Positions 51,577 through 64,000 of a stretch of 64,000 bases of DNA are shown one piece after another. The notes beneath the pieces are model-generated. The model was not told the origin of the DNA. It made no database searches and was given only the letters and a program-made list of their open reading frames with translations. The translations under genes were made by a program, and so were the position numbers. Source of the stretch: Eledone cirrhosa (lineage: Eukaryota); the NCBI GenBank assembly GCA_964016885.1, contig OZ024763.1:14136001-14200000 (forward strand), read 5' to 3'. The number at the start of each line of letters is the position of its first letter. Positions within the stretch are counted from its first letter, which is position 1.

Positions 51577-52384
51577 AGGTATGACAGTTGAAGAAGGCCA
51601 CTGCAGATTATCGGGTTGTAGGATGAAATGAACCTTAGAGAAAGTAAGTGAAGATATATTTTCTGAAATTGCCAGAAGAATAAAAATCCCATGTCGACCC
51701 TTTGGAAGTATTGATAATGCTGAAAAAGGCATGAATGCCACAACATCTATTATGCTTGGAAATACAAGGTGGGTTTCTGAAAGCTCCAGAGGAATAAAAT
51801 GCAAGGTCGGTCGTTGGTAGTGCGAATAACATAGAAAAAGACATGAAGGCCACCACATCAAGTTTGCTTGGATATAGAAAAGTAGCTTTATAAATATAAA
51901 TGTTCATAGTACTTTTGTGGCAGTCTCTGTGGGCTAATGGTATGTGATAGAGACGGTGAAGGTCCTGGTCTCTGGTTCAATCTCGACCAGGAACTACACT
52001 AACGTTTTTCATTTTACTAGAGATAAAATAAAAAAACTTTTAATTTTTTCACTAAGACCCATCTAGTCCTGGCCAAGATTGAACCCGACACCAGGATCTT
52101 CACCGTCTCCCATACCTTCCACAAGGCCACCGAAACTTGCTACAAAAAGTGATTGAAAATTAATATTTATAAACCTACTTTACTATTTTCAAGCAAAATT
52201 GATGTGGTGGCGTTCATGCCTTACTCAATGTTATAAATACTAAAAGGGGTCGACTCTGTCTTTCATCCTCCTGGGTCTTTGATAAATTAAATCTTCACTT
52301 TGTTTCTTATCGCTCTACGGTTGATTTGAACCTACAATGTCCCCGTCTACAATAATATTTACTAACTTTAAATCTATCATACCT
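51577..52384. repeat. Hairpin C2, duplicate copy
   Basis: Copy of 12194-13001. Confidence 0.92.
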
Positions 52385-52388
52385 GGTT

Positions 52389-52423
<35 letters not shown>

Positions 52424-54103
52424 TATTCCCACCTCGTACAATAAGCCCGTAAATTGTTAAACCTGATTTCTATATAGATAATATATGTAGCAGTGTAAGA
52501 TCTGAACCTACAATGATATGTTTTGCAGTAATTTTACACAATTTCAACTAAATAGCGATATGTATATGTTTTTCGTTTCTTAAAAATAAAAGAAATTCTA
52601 TATCCGCAGCTAAATATTGAACTCCTGACAGCACCGCAAACTACATTAAATATTTAACTACCAAGTCTCACACGACTTTGTAACTAAATGATAAAATAAT
52701 AACACCTAAATTTTTAATTGATATTACTTCACCGTTTTGTGTTCTCATCTCGGTGAAAATCTGGCCCTGATTAATTTAACATTTTTATTTTTGGAGAGAT
52801 AAAATATAGTACCAGTCACATAGTGGGATCAATTTAACCGATCGAATTCTCACCGCAAATGTCTGACTTCTGCCTCAGTTACAAACAAAGAGAGTTTATC
52901 TATGTGTGTATATATATATATATATATTAGTTAAAGTATGTGTTAGCAATAAATAAATGAAAAAAATTAAATAATGACAGTAAGACATTTTTATTCAGTA
53001 GTTTTATTTTTATTGTGATTTTCAATACATTAACTGTCCAGTGTGGCCTTTTGTTTTTGTTTCTGCTTATATTCTATTGCAAATGGCGGCTACGGCGAAA
53101 CTGGATTACCAAGGTTTACTGGATGTTGTCTTTTGCTTTGTGGATTACTTTACAAACTGGAGACATCAGGATATCTACCGCAATACCCGAGATAAACATA
53201 AGGTGTGTCTTTTACGCAATATTTCGTTTTACAGACATGTTCGACTTGATCAAATTTGACCTGTCTATGAGACAGAGATTCTATTTCAAAACAAACCACA
53301 CAGACCAACCACGAATAATCTAACATTAGTTTTTCAAAAGATAATCCATCTTTAAAGAGAGACAAATATTTAAAAATTGACGTTCAAAGGAACACTCGAT
53401 AGCAGAAAGAATCTCAGCCGCAATTTAATGTCTGAAGTGAGACATTTTTCACGACATAAATATAGTTTAATGCCCCGCCTCTCACATCTGACTCGTTTTC
53501 TTAAAACTTACTTCTAATAATACATATTTTATAGACATATACTTTCGAAGGTAAACATTATGTTTTTGTGTTGTGTTTTGTAATTTTTCAAGTAATTCGT
53601 AGTTTTAGAAATGACATTCCGATTATGTAGAAAATCTATGACATTATTCTGATTGATATTATACTTTATCAACACGAGATTGGAAGACAGGCATAATTAA
53701 CGAATTTTCAAGTTTATATTTAGCCGACTCCAAACACAGTACGTAAGTTTTTAGTACACGAAATCTTTAACGAACTTAACTACATACAATAATGAAAGTA
53801 TTTGAAGTAAATTAATGAGTTTCACCGACATTATCGTAATCTACATCATGGAAGACGGATCTCTGTATATTTTCATGTAAAATATATTCACCGTGAACAA
53901 ATTCATGGAGTGACGACTAAACTGTAGTTATGTCCAAGCCAATTGATACCATTCTAAGTTAGTTGATATATTTTGAAGCGTTGCGAGATTTACTGAGTTC
54001 TTTTCTTATTGCCATAGCATGATCAAATTCACTACAATGCTTTCTGCTCACTTTTACTCAGCATCACAAATATTATTTAATCTATTCATTCGTTCTTCAT
54101 CTG

Positions 54104-54599
54104 TCATATATTTTTATCATCATTTACTGTTGTGTCGTCTACTCCATCATTTAAACTATTCCATTCACTAATATCTCTTTGAGAAATATATATTTTCTGA
54201 TGTCTTTAGAGCATTGTATCTTATAAACAGTATAATGGTATCCTCTTCTTAGATTTACATTTTCTTCCGTAATTTCAAGTCCTTCCATCATCTTAAATAT
54301 TTCTATCATGTCTCCCCTTTGTTTTATCTCTTTCTAAGTTTTTACATCTTTATTCTCAAGACAGATTTCTTAATTCTTTTGTTTTATTTTTTGTTCTTCT
54401 CTGGATTCTTTCAATATTTTCTGTCGTGCGTCCATGTCCCTACGGAATACTCTACGTGGTGTCGCTCATATCATTCATCGATAATTTAAAATTTGTTTGC
54501 ATTTAGCTAGGTAAATTATTATTCCTATCGTCTCACTTGCTACTTTTTGCCTTTAACATGGTTAGCCACCTTTCAATTACAATATACATATTCGAAATA
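54104..54599 (-). mobile_element. CR1 remnant, duplicate of 14705-15200
   Basis: Segmental duplicate. Confidence 0.8.
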
Positions 54600-54744
54600 T
54601 ATTTTTTTGTGGGGTGGGGGAATAAGGGGTACTTTTCTACCCGAAAAAAAAAAAAAACCGATGTAAAAAAAAAAAAACAAAAAAACAAAAACAAAAAAAA
54701 AAATAACCGTCTGCCCTTTCCTTAAAGGTACGAATATATTAAAC

Positions 54745-54785
<41 letters not shown>

Positions 54786-55428
54786 TCCATGAACAAGGAT
54801 AGCTGCATATTTACACTTCCCCCAATCATTTTGTCTTGAAAATAAACATGTCTTAAAATCTATGTGTGTTCCATTTCAATTAATTTCTTATTTCGTGTTT
54901 CAGTACATTTGTTCTTAAAACTAAGGGGGTCTTACATCCCAAAAAATATTGTAAGATGTCTCCATAGATTGACATTCTCAATTTAATTCTTTCTCTTGTG
55001 TATTGTTCTCTAATGGATAACATATGTATGTTGTTCATTAGAGGTAGAAGTAACACGACCTTCCCTCATCGCTGCACAGATCTAACTGGCAGTGTGTTTA
55101 GCATGAGTGCTGGTAAGTATTCGACAACTGTGAACATCAGCTGTGAAGTCAGAACAAACTGCCTTTATATAGGGTGTTAATTGGAAAGACTAAACAGTGA
55201 GATAAAGTGACGAGGTTCAATCTCTACCAAGAATTACACAAGGTTATTTTAAACCAGAAATTATTATGTTGTTGCTGTAAATGTGTAGTCAGGGTTTCAA
55301 TCCTTAGCAGGGTTTGTAGAGTTACATTTATGTAATTATTAACAAATAAAAACAGATTTATATAGCGATGTTGTACGTTCAAATAAAACACACACACATA
55401 TATATATAAATAAATATTTATATGTTAT

Positions 55429-55620
55429 ATTGTTTCTAATTTTGGCACAAGGCCAGCAATTATCCCAGTGTATTACTGGTACTTTATTTTATTGACCCTG
55501 TAAAGATGAAAGGCAAAGTTAACCTCGGCGGGATTTGAACTCAGAATGGCAAGGGCCGTAACTCTATGCTGGGAAGCATAGCGTTTGAACCTCTACCGAT
55601 TCTGCTAATACACCGCCCCT
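55429..55620 (-). mobile_element. tRNA-derived SINE, duplicate of 15993-16184
   Basis: Segmental duplicate. Confidence 0.88.
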
Positions 55621-55661
55621 GCCAAGACACCGCCCTATGTAGTGTTAATAAGACGGAACCA

Positions 55662-56026
55662 GCATGAATGTAACCACATCTATTTAGCTTGCTAATAGAA
55701 AGTAGTTTCATATATATTAAATTTCAATTAGTTCTGTAGCTGTTATTGTTACGGTGGCCTAGTGGGGGTTATTAGAGACGGTGGAGGACCTGGTTTGGTT
55801 TTCAATGAAGACATACATTAAGGGGGTCTTACTTTTCCATTTTATAAGAGAAAAAATGTAAGATTTAGTGAGATTATATCCTGATTCAGATCGAACTCAC
55901 GACCAGGAACGGATTCACCTCTAATACATACCACTGGGTCACCAAAACGGATGTAAAACCTCACTGAAAATGAATATATATCAACCTACTTTCAATATGG
56001 AACCAATATTGTTGCAGATGTTCGGT
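55662..56026. repeat. Hairpin D, duplicate copy
   Basis: Copy of 16226-16590. Confidence 0.75.
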
Positions 56027-56120
56027 TTTCTCTTAGCTTTCATAAATTGAATGTTGAATTAGCTTCTCATCGATATAGGGAAGATTGGAACATTCAATAA
56101 TTCCGTATATATATATACAT

Positions 56121-56170
<50 letters not shown>

Positions 56171-56640
56171 AAGAAATAAGTCACCAAGTTCAACAGTTTA
56201 TAAATTATTTATTTCATCAACACTTGTTTCATTGCTATTACATGTTACACATCTTTAGAAAGACATCGTCAGGAACAATTCTAAACATAACATTGGAAGT
56301 CTACAATATAAAATAAATCAATTTTGAGGTTGAATATATATTTCAATGCCATATTGTTGTTTTATCAACTGATAGAATTTTCAACACGTAATATATATAT
56401 ATATATATATATACGTAAGCATGTATGTTTATATATATATATATGTATGTGTTTATATATATGTGTGTATATATATATACATGTGCGTGTATATGGCAAT
56501 AGGGTGCAAGAGTAACACACTATTGAACTCCCGAACTAGGGTGCCACAGTATGGCACTTTAGAGCTTCAGTGCTGCACTATGGTATTTAATAGATTTAAC
56601 TAAACTTAGTACTGACTTAGTACTGAGTTAGTAGAGTTAA

Positions 56641-56817
56641 AAGCGAATACAAGCAGCCAAAATGGGGTTCCTCGAAAGGGTCTTTGGAGTAACGTTACTT
56701 GATAAAGTGTGTAGCTCAGAGGTCAGAGAGTCACTCCAGGTAGAGCTGCTACTTCTCCCAACTGAGAGATCACAGCTCTGATACTATGGACATGTGGTTA
56801 GAATGTCTCAGGAAAGA
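56641..56817 (+). mobile_element. RTE-clade LINE fragment, duplicate
   Basis: Copy of 17197-17373. Confidence 0.85.
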
Positions 56818-59800
56818 ATATGTATATATATATATATATGTATATATTTATGTATGTATGTATATATATATCTATGTATATATGTCTACATATACATATA
56901 TATACATAGATATATATATATATACATATAGATATATATATAGATTAGATATAGATATATATATATATATTAGATATATATATATATATATATATTAGAT
57001 ATAGATATATATATATATATTAGATATATATATATATATATATACATACATACATAGATATATAGATATATACATAGATATATATACATAGATATATATA
57101 CATATGTATGTATGTATATATATATAGACATATGACCGTGAAATATGTGTGAGGTAAAGTAAATCTAGACTTTATTTCTCATTGCTCTAGGCTTGATTTG
57201 AACCTACAACAACTCCGTCTGCAATAATGTCATACCTCATTCCAGCGTAAATTGTTAAACGTGGTTCCTATATATATACATGCAAGTAAGATTTGAACCT
57301 ACAATGCTGTGCTTAATTCCTATTAATAAATGTGTTTTATAAAAGAAAGTAAAGAAACAATTTAATGAAAGTAAAATATTTATTTTATTCAGGAATTTAT
57401 TTTTTTATTTTATGTATTCACTTCATTAACTGCTGAATAGTTCTTGTTTTTGTTTTTGTTTGTTCTTACCATTGTTTACTGTAAACGGTGAGTGTTACGA
57501 GACTGGATTATTACAAAGTTTTACTGGATGATGGCATTTTCTTATTGTATTATTTTGTTGTCAGTGGACATCTCTCTAAATACCTGGAATAAACATATGG
57601 TGTGTCTTTTACGTAACATTTCATTTAATATCTGATGTTCCAATGGATTACTTTTAAAATAAAACCAATAAACAGGACAGGTAGACTCCAACAAAAGAGA
57701 CCAGAGATGAGGTACGAATAATCTAAAATTAATTTTAAAAAGAAGACTGTGTTTAAAGAAAGACAAACAATCACATCCATAATTTAATATCTGAAGATCA
57801 ACATTTTTCACGATATAAATATGTAAAGTTAAGTGACCTCTCATTTAGTTGCTCCAACTTTATTTTACTAATCTATTCTGTAGACTTATATTTTCGTTGA
57901 TGTACATTACGATTTCGTTGATGAAATTTTCTTTCGTCTTTAGATCTATATTTTACTTCTGGAATACTGTATTAACAATTATATCACTCGTCTTTAGATC
58001 TTTATTTCTTATAAAAGTTATAATACTCACCTCTTCCCATTATATTTTCATATATATATTTGAAAAAAGGAAAAGAATGACTTGACTTGTAGTTCTAAAC
58101 AATTTGATTTAGAACTACAAATGAAGTCATTCTTTTCCTTTTTTCAAATATACCTGACTGTACCAAGGATTTCACACACACACACACACACACATATACT
58201 TCTACCTGGAGTTTCGACCGATAGATAGTATTAGCAATTAGAAAGACCATTTTCATTTATATATACCCATATATTCATATTTACTCACTTCTATGTAAAT
58301 ATACATACATATATATTAAAAGCACATACCATATACCATCATAATAACGATTGACTAATCATCAGGACACATGCTTGCTCATGTAAAAATTCTCAGAGAC
58401 ACTTACGAAAACCGAATTTGCAACGCCAGGTACACTTACATACATACATATATGTACGTACATCACATATAGAACAGGTATGACTTATATAGGTACATCA
58501 AAGTTTAGGTTTCGCTATTGTACCATTCGAGGTAGTTAGAAACAAGTACCAGTGTATTACTAGGGTCGATTCTTCTATATCTTTCTCTCACTCTCTGTAA
58601 GAGATCTGGGGGTGGAGATGGGATCTGTCAACTTTTACAAAGTACCCTAGACACCCTGAATGTCAATGTGGGCCCTCTAGAACTCCCTCACAAGTTATAG
58701 GTCGCTACATACATATATAGCAACATCAGACAGATTCTTTAGATCTCTTTTACTCGATGATGCAAGACAAGTTTTCAGTGGGTCAGAAAGGAATATTTGT
58801 GATATGAAGGGAGAACCTCTCTGAATAAATATTAGATAGTTAAGATGCTACGTAAAGCAGGCGGTGACAACATCGAGGACCAGATATGCCATGTGGAAAT
58901 AGACATCGACATATAAATATACAAAGATGGGGGGGGGGGGACCTTATTATCATAGACAATTGGGCTTATGAACACACACACACACATATTTATATACATA
59001 CATATGTGTGTGTGGCTTCTGCAGGACTAGAACGGTTTCATTCGAAAGAAATCAAGGGCTTTCCTGATGGGTTTTTTCCCCGAATGAAACAGTTCTAGTC
59101 CCGTATAAGACATTTCTATATGAAATATTTATACTCTGATATATATATTGAGTACCTTACTTACTGTGGCGTTCATGCCTTTCTTAGTGTTGCTGTTATT
59201 AGAAAGGGTCGACTTTGTCTTTCATAATTCAGGCTCTTTCATGAAGTAAATATTCATTTTATTTCTTAACGCCCTAGTGTTGATTTGAACCTACAATTAC
59301 TTCGTCTGCAATAATGTTCACTAATTTCAAATCTACCATACCTAAATCCTGTGTGCGACTTACAAATAAATTGCTAAACGTCACTTTTATCAATATAAGA
59401 TTGGAACCTACAGTGATGTGCTTTGCAGTAATGTCCCGTAACTCCAACTAGATTGAGCTAAGCTTGTATATTTCTTTCGTCCGAATAACATAATGGTTTC
59501 GATCCCAGTTCGCTACTGGTACAAGAAATAATTTTTAGAAATTCTATATCCCCAGCTAAATATTGAACTCCTAACGACATTTTATGTTACTTAATACCAA
59601 AGCCCTGAACACACATTTATATTTATAACTCAATTTCTAATTTTTAAATGATATTACACCACCTTTGTGTTTTCGGTGGATATTAATTTACAATTTTATA
59701 GCAGAAAAATAGAGTACCAGTCATTTTATAGGTTCAATTTAATCGATCGGCTTCTCCGTCAATCACTTGACAAACAAAGACACACAAACAGTATATATAT

Positions 59801-59910
59801 ATATATGATACGACAAATTTGAAATAAATTACGTGTTTAAAAAAAAGAATTATTGAATGTAAGTAATAATATTTTTATTGTTTGTTTTCACTGCATTAAC
59901 TGCTGAGTGT

Positions 59911-62900
59911 GAGAGAGAGGGGTGGATGGAGAGAGATGGAGGGGTGGATAGAGAGAGAGGGATGGATGGAAGGAGTGAGGGATTGATGGAGAGGGATGGA
60001 TGGAGAGAGGGAGAGGGATGGAGAGGGATGGAGAGAGGGATGGAGAGAGGGATGGAGAGAGGGAGAGAGAGGGAGAGAGAGGGATGGAGAGAGGGATGGA
60101 TGGAAGGAGAGAGGGATGGATGGAAGGAGAGATGGATGGATGGAAGGAGAGGGGTGAATAGAGAGAGGGATGGATGGAAGGAGAGAGAGGGAGAATGATG
60201 AATGGAGAGAGAGATGGATGGAAGGAGAGAGGGATGGATGGAAGGAGAGAGAGATGGATGGAAGGAGAGAGAGAGTTGGATGGATGTAGAGGGAGGGAGG
60301 GATGGATGGATGGAGAGATGGATGGAGAGAGTGAGGGATGGATGGATAGAGAGAGTGAGGGATGGATGGATAGAGAGAGTGAGGAATGGAGAGAGAGAGA
60401 GATGGAAGTATAGAGAGAGAGGGGGATGGATGGAGGTAGGGAGGTATGAATGGAGGTAGGGAGGTATGAATGGAGGTAGGGAGGTATGAATGGAGAGAGA
60501 GAGTGAGGAATGGAGAGAGGGATGGATGGAGGTAGGGAGGTATGAATGGAGGTAGGGAGGTATGAATGGAGAGAGAGAGTGAGGAATGGAGAGAGGGATG
60601 GATGGATAGAGAAAGAGAGTTGGATGGATAGAGAGAGGGATGGATGGAAGGAGAGAGTGAGGGATGGAGAGAGAGAGATGGATGTGGAGAGAGAGATGGA
60701 TGTGGAGAGAGAGTTGGATGGAAGGATAGAGAGGGATGGAGAGAGAGGGATGGATGGACTGAGGGATGGATGGAGAGAGGGAAGGATAGAGAGAGAGAGA
60801 GGGAAGGATAGAGAGAGAGAGAGGGAAGGATAGAGAGAGTTGGATGGAGAGAGAGAGAGAGCGAGGGGTGGAAGGAGAGAGAGCGAGGGGTGGAAGGAGA
60901 GAGAGAGCGAGCGGTGGAAGGAGAGCGAGGGGTGGAAGGAGAGAGAGAGAGGGATGGATGGAGAGAGAAAGAGGGATGGAAGGAGAGAGATGGATGGAAG
61001 GAGAGAGAGAGGGGGGATTGGATGCAGAGAGGGATGGATGGAAGGAGAGAGAGGGGGATGGATGGAAGGAGAGAGGGATGGATGGATGGAGAGAGAGCGA
61101 GGAATGGAAGGAGAGAGAGAGAGATGGATGGAAGGAGAGAGTGAGAGGGGGATGGATGGAGAGAGGGAGGGATGGAGAGAGAGAGGGATGGATGGAAGGA
61201 GAGGAATGGAGAGAGTGAGAGATGGATAGAGAGAGAGAGGGATGGATGGATGGATGGAGAGCTAAGGGAGAGAGAGGGATGAATGGAGAGGGATGGATGG
61301 AGTGGGAGAGAGGGCTGGATAGAAAGAGAGTGAGTAATGGAGAGAGAGAGATGGAAGGATAGAGAGAGAGATGGAAGGATAGAGAGAGAGATGGAAGGAT
61401 AGAGAGAGAGATGGAAGGATGGAGAGAGGGAGAATGATGAATGTAGAGAGAGGGGGTCGATAGAAGGAGAGAGTGAGGGATGGAGAGAGAGAGTTGGATA
61501 TAGAGAGAGAGAGTTGGATATAGAGAGGGAGAATGATGAATGGACAGAGGGATGGATGGATGGAGAGAGAGGGGTGGATGGAGAGAGAGGGGTGGATAGA
61601 GAGAGAATGGAGAGAGGGGTGGATAGAGAGAGAATGATGAATGGAGAGAGGGATGGATAGAGAGAGAGAGAGAAATGGAGAGTGAGAGAGGGATGGATTG
61701 AAGGAGAGAGGGATGGATGGAAGGAGAGAGGGGTGAATAGAGAGAGAGAGAGAGAGAGGGATGGATGGAGAGGGATGGATGGAAGGAGAGAGAGGGATGG
61801 AAGGAGAGAGAGGGATGGAAGGAGAGAGAGGGATGGAAGGAGAGAGAGGGATGGAAGGAGAGAGAGGGATGGAAGGAGAGAGAGGGATGGAAGGAGAGAG
61901 AGGGATGGAAGGAGAGGGATGGATGGAAGGAGAGAGGGAGGTATGAATGGAAGGAGAGAGTGAGGGATGGATGGAAGGAGAGGGATGGAGAGAGAGAGGG
62001 ATGGAGAGAGAGATGGATGTGGAGAGAGGGATGGATGGATGGAGAGGGATGGATGGATGTAGAGAGAGGGATGGATAGAGAGAGAGAGAGAGGGATGGAT
62101 AGAGAGAGAGAGATGGATGGATGGAGAGAGAGAGAGAGAGAGGGATGGAAGGATAGAGAGAGTTGGATGGAGAGAGAGAGGGATGGAAGGAGAGAGTGGA
62201 TAGAGAGGGAGGGAGGGGTGGATAGAGAGGGAGGGATGGATGGAGAGAGAGAGTTGGATGGATGGAGAGAGAGGGATGGATGGAGAGAGAGAGTGAGGAA
62301 TGGAGAGGGAGGGATGGAAGGAGAGAGAGGTGGATAGAGGGGGAGGGATGGATGGAGAGAGGGAGAATGATGAATGGAGAGAGAGGGATGGATGGAGAGA
62401 GAGAGAGGGATGGATGGAGAGAGAGAGAGGGATGGATGGAGAGAGAGAGAGAGGGATGGAGAGAGAGAGAGAGAGGGATGGAGAGAGAGAGAGGGGTGAA
62501 TAGAGAGAGAGAGAGGGGTGAATAGAGAGAGAGAGAGGGGTGAATAGAGAGAGAGAGAGGGGTGAACAGAGAGAGAGAGGGATGGATGGAAGGCGAGAGA
62601 GAGTTGGATGGATAGAGAGAGGGATGGATGGAAGGAGAGAGAGAGTTGGATGGATAGAGAGAGGGATGGATGGATAGAGAGAGGGATGGATGGAGAGAGG
62701 GAGAGGGATGGATGGAGAGAGGGAGAGGGATGGATGGATAGAGAGAGGGAGAGGGATGGATGGATAGAGAGAGAATGATGAAGGGAGAGAGGGAGAATGA
62801 TGAATGGAGAGAGGGATGGATGGAGACAGGGAGAATGTTGAATGGAGAGAGGGATGGATGGAAGAAGAGAGAGGGATGGATGGAAGGAGAGAGAGATGGA

Positions 62901-64000
62901 TGGAGAGAGGGAGGAATGGAGAGAGAGATGGATGGAGAGAGGGAGGAATGGAGAGAGAGAGGGATGGAGAGAGAGAGAGAGAGGGATGGATGTAGAGAGG
63001 GATGGAGAGTGAGAGGGATGGATGAAGAGAGAGGGATGGAAGGAGAGAGGGAGAATGATGAATGGAGAGAGGGATGGATGAAGAGAGGGAGAATGATGAA
63101 TGGAGAGAGGGATGGATGGAATGAGTGATGGATGGAGAGAGAGAGATAGAGAGAGGGGGGTGGAGAGAGAGGGGGGTGGAGAGAGAGGGGGGTGGAGAGA
63201 GAGGGGGTGGAGAGAGAGAGAGAGGGGGGTGGAAGGAGAGAGAGGGATGGATGTAGAGAGAGGGAGGGAGGGATGGATGGATGGAAGGAGAGAGAGAGAA
63301 TGATGAATGGAGAGAGATAGAGAGAGAGAGAGATGGATGGAGAGAGTGAGGAATGGAGAGAGAGAGATGGATGGAGAGAGAGGGAGAATGTTGAATGGAG
63401 AGAGAGAGAGAGAGAGAGTGGGATGGATGGAAGGAGAGAGGGATGGATGGAGAGAGAGGGATGGATGGAGAGAGAGAGTTGGATGGATAGAGAGTTGGAT
63501 GGATAGAGAGTTGGATGGAGAGAGAGAGAATGATGGATGGAGAGAGAGATGGATGGATAGAGAGAGAATGATGAATGGAGAGAGAGATGGATGGATAGAG
63601 AGAGAATGATGAATGGAGAGAGGGATGGATGTAGAGAGAGAGAGAGAGTGAGGGGTGGAGAGAGTGAGGGATGGAGAGAGAGAGGGATTGATGGAGAGAG
63701 AGGGATGGATGGATGGTGAGAGAGAGGGATGGAGAGAGGGAGAATGATGAATGGAGAGAGGGATGGATGGAGAGAGAGAGGGATGGATAGAGAGAGAATG
63801 ATGAATGGAGAGAGAGATGGATGGAGAGATGTAGAGAGAGAGAGAGTGAGAGGTGGAGAGAGAGAGAGAGATGGATGGAAGGAGAGAGTGAGTGATGGAG
63901 AGAGAGGGGGATGGAGAGAGTGAGGGATGGATAGAGAAAGAGAGTTGGATGGATAGAGGGAGAGAGAGAGAGATGGATGGAAGGAGAGAGAGAGAGAGAG
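59911..64000. repeat. Second GA/GGAT purine-strand block, running off the window
   Basis: Starts after the same cattaactgctgagtgt junction and uses the same vocabulary. Confidence 0.97.

Larger units (their letters stand above)
39329..59912. repeat. Copy 2 of the ~39.3 kb tandem segmental duplication
   Basis: Collinear with 1-20554. Up to ~57670 it differs mainly in microsatellite lengths and sparse SNPs; it is more diverged afterwards. Confidence 0.97.

Noticed and set aside
39329-59912. Dismissing copy 2 as a pure assembly duplicate
   Set aside because: SNPs, microsatellite differences, a diverged distal ~2.2 kb and a different GA block argue for real paralogy, although a haplotype mis-join cannot be excluded without reads.

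Overview
AT-rich, repeat-dense animal DNA with no intact protein-coding gene, rRNA, canonical tRNA or CRISPR array that I can support. The SINE, MITE and LINE repertoire resembles octopod cephalopods; this is an inference from recalled consensus motifs, not a search. The window is dominated by a ~39.3 kb tandem duplication (1 = 39329). Each unit contains a nested array of diverged 3.4-3.8 kb modules, and each module carries a minus-strand CR1-type LINE 3' remnant followed by a long (0.4-0.8 kb) imperfect inverted repeat. The inverted-repeat arms are built from tRNA-like and SINE-core-like sequence, and copy-specific variants are shared by both arms of a hairpin. A 7.6 kb purine-strand GA/GGAT block follows at the same junction in both units. 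After it come a ~2.9 kb variable-unit minisatellite, RTE, Penelope-like and SINE remnants, and MITEs. The best candidate for an undescribed system is an amplified long-hairpin (hpRNA/endo-siRNA- or ADAR-substrate-like) cluster. Transcription cannot be shown from sequence alone. All identities and boundaries were judged by eye.
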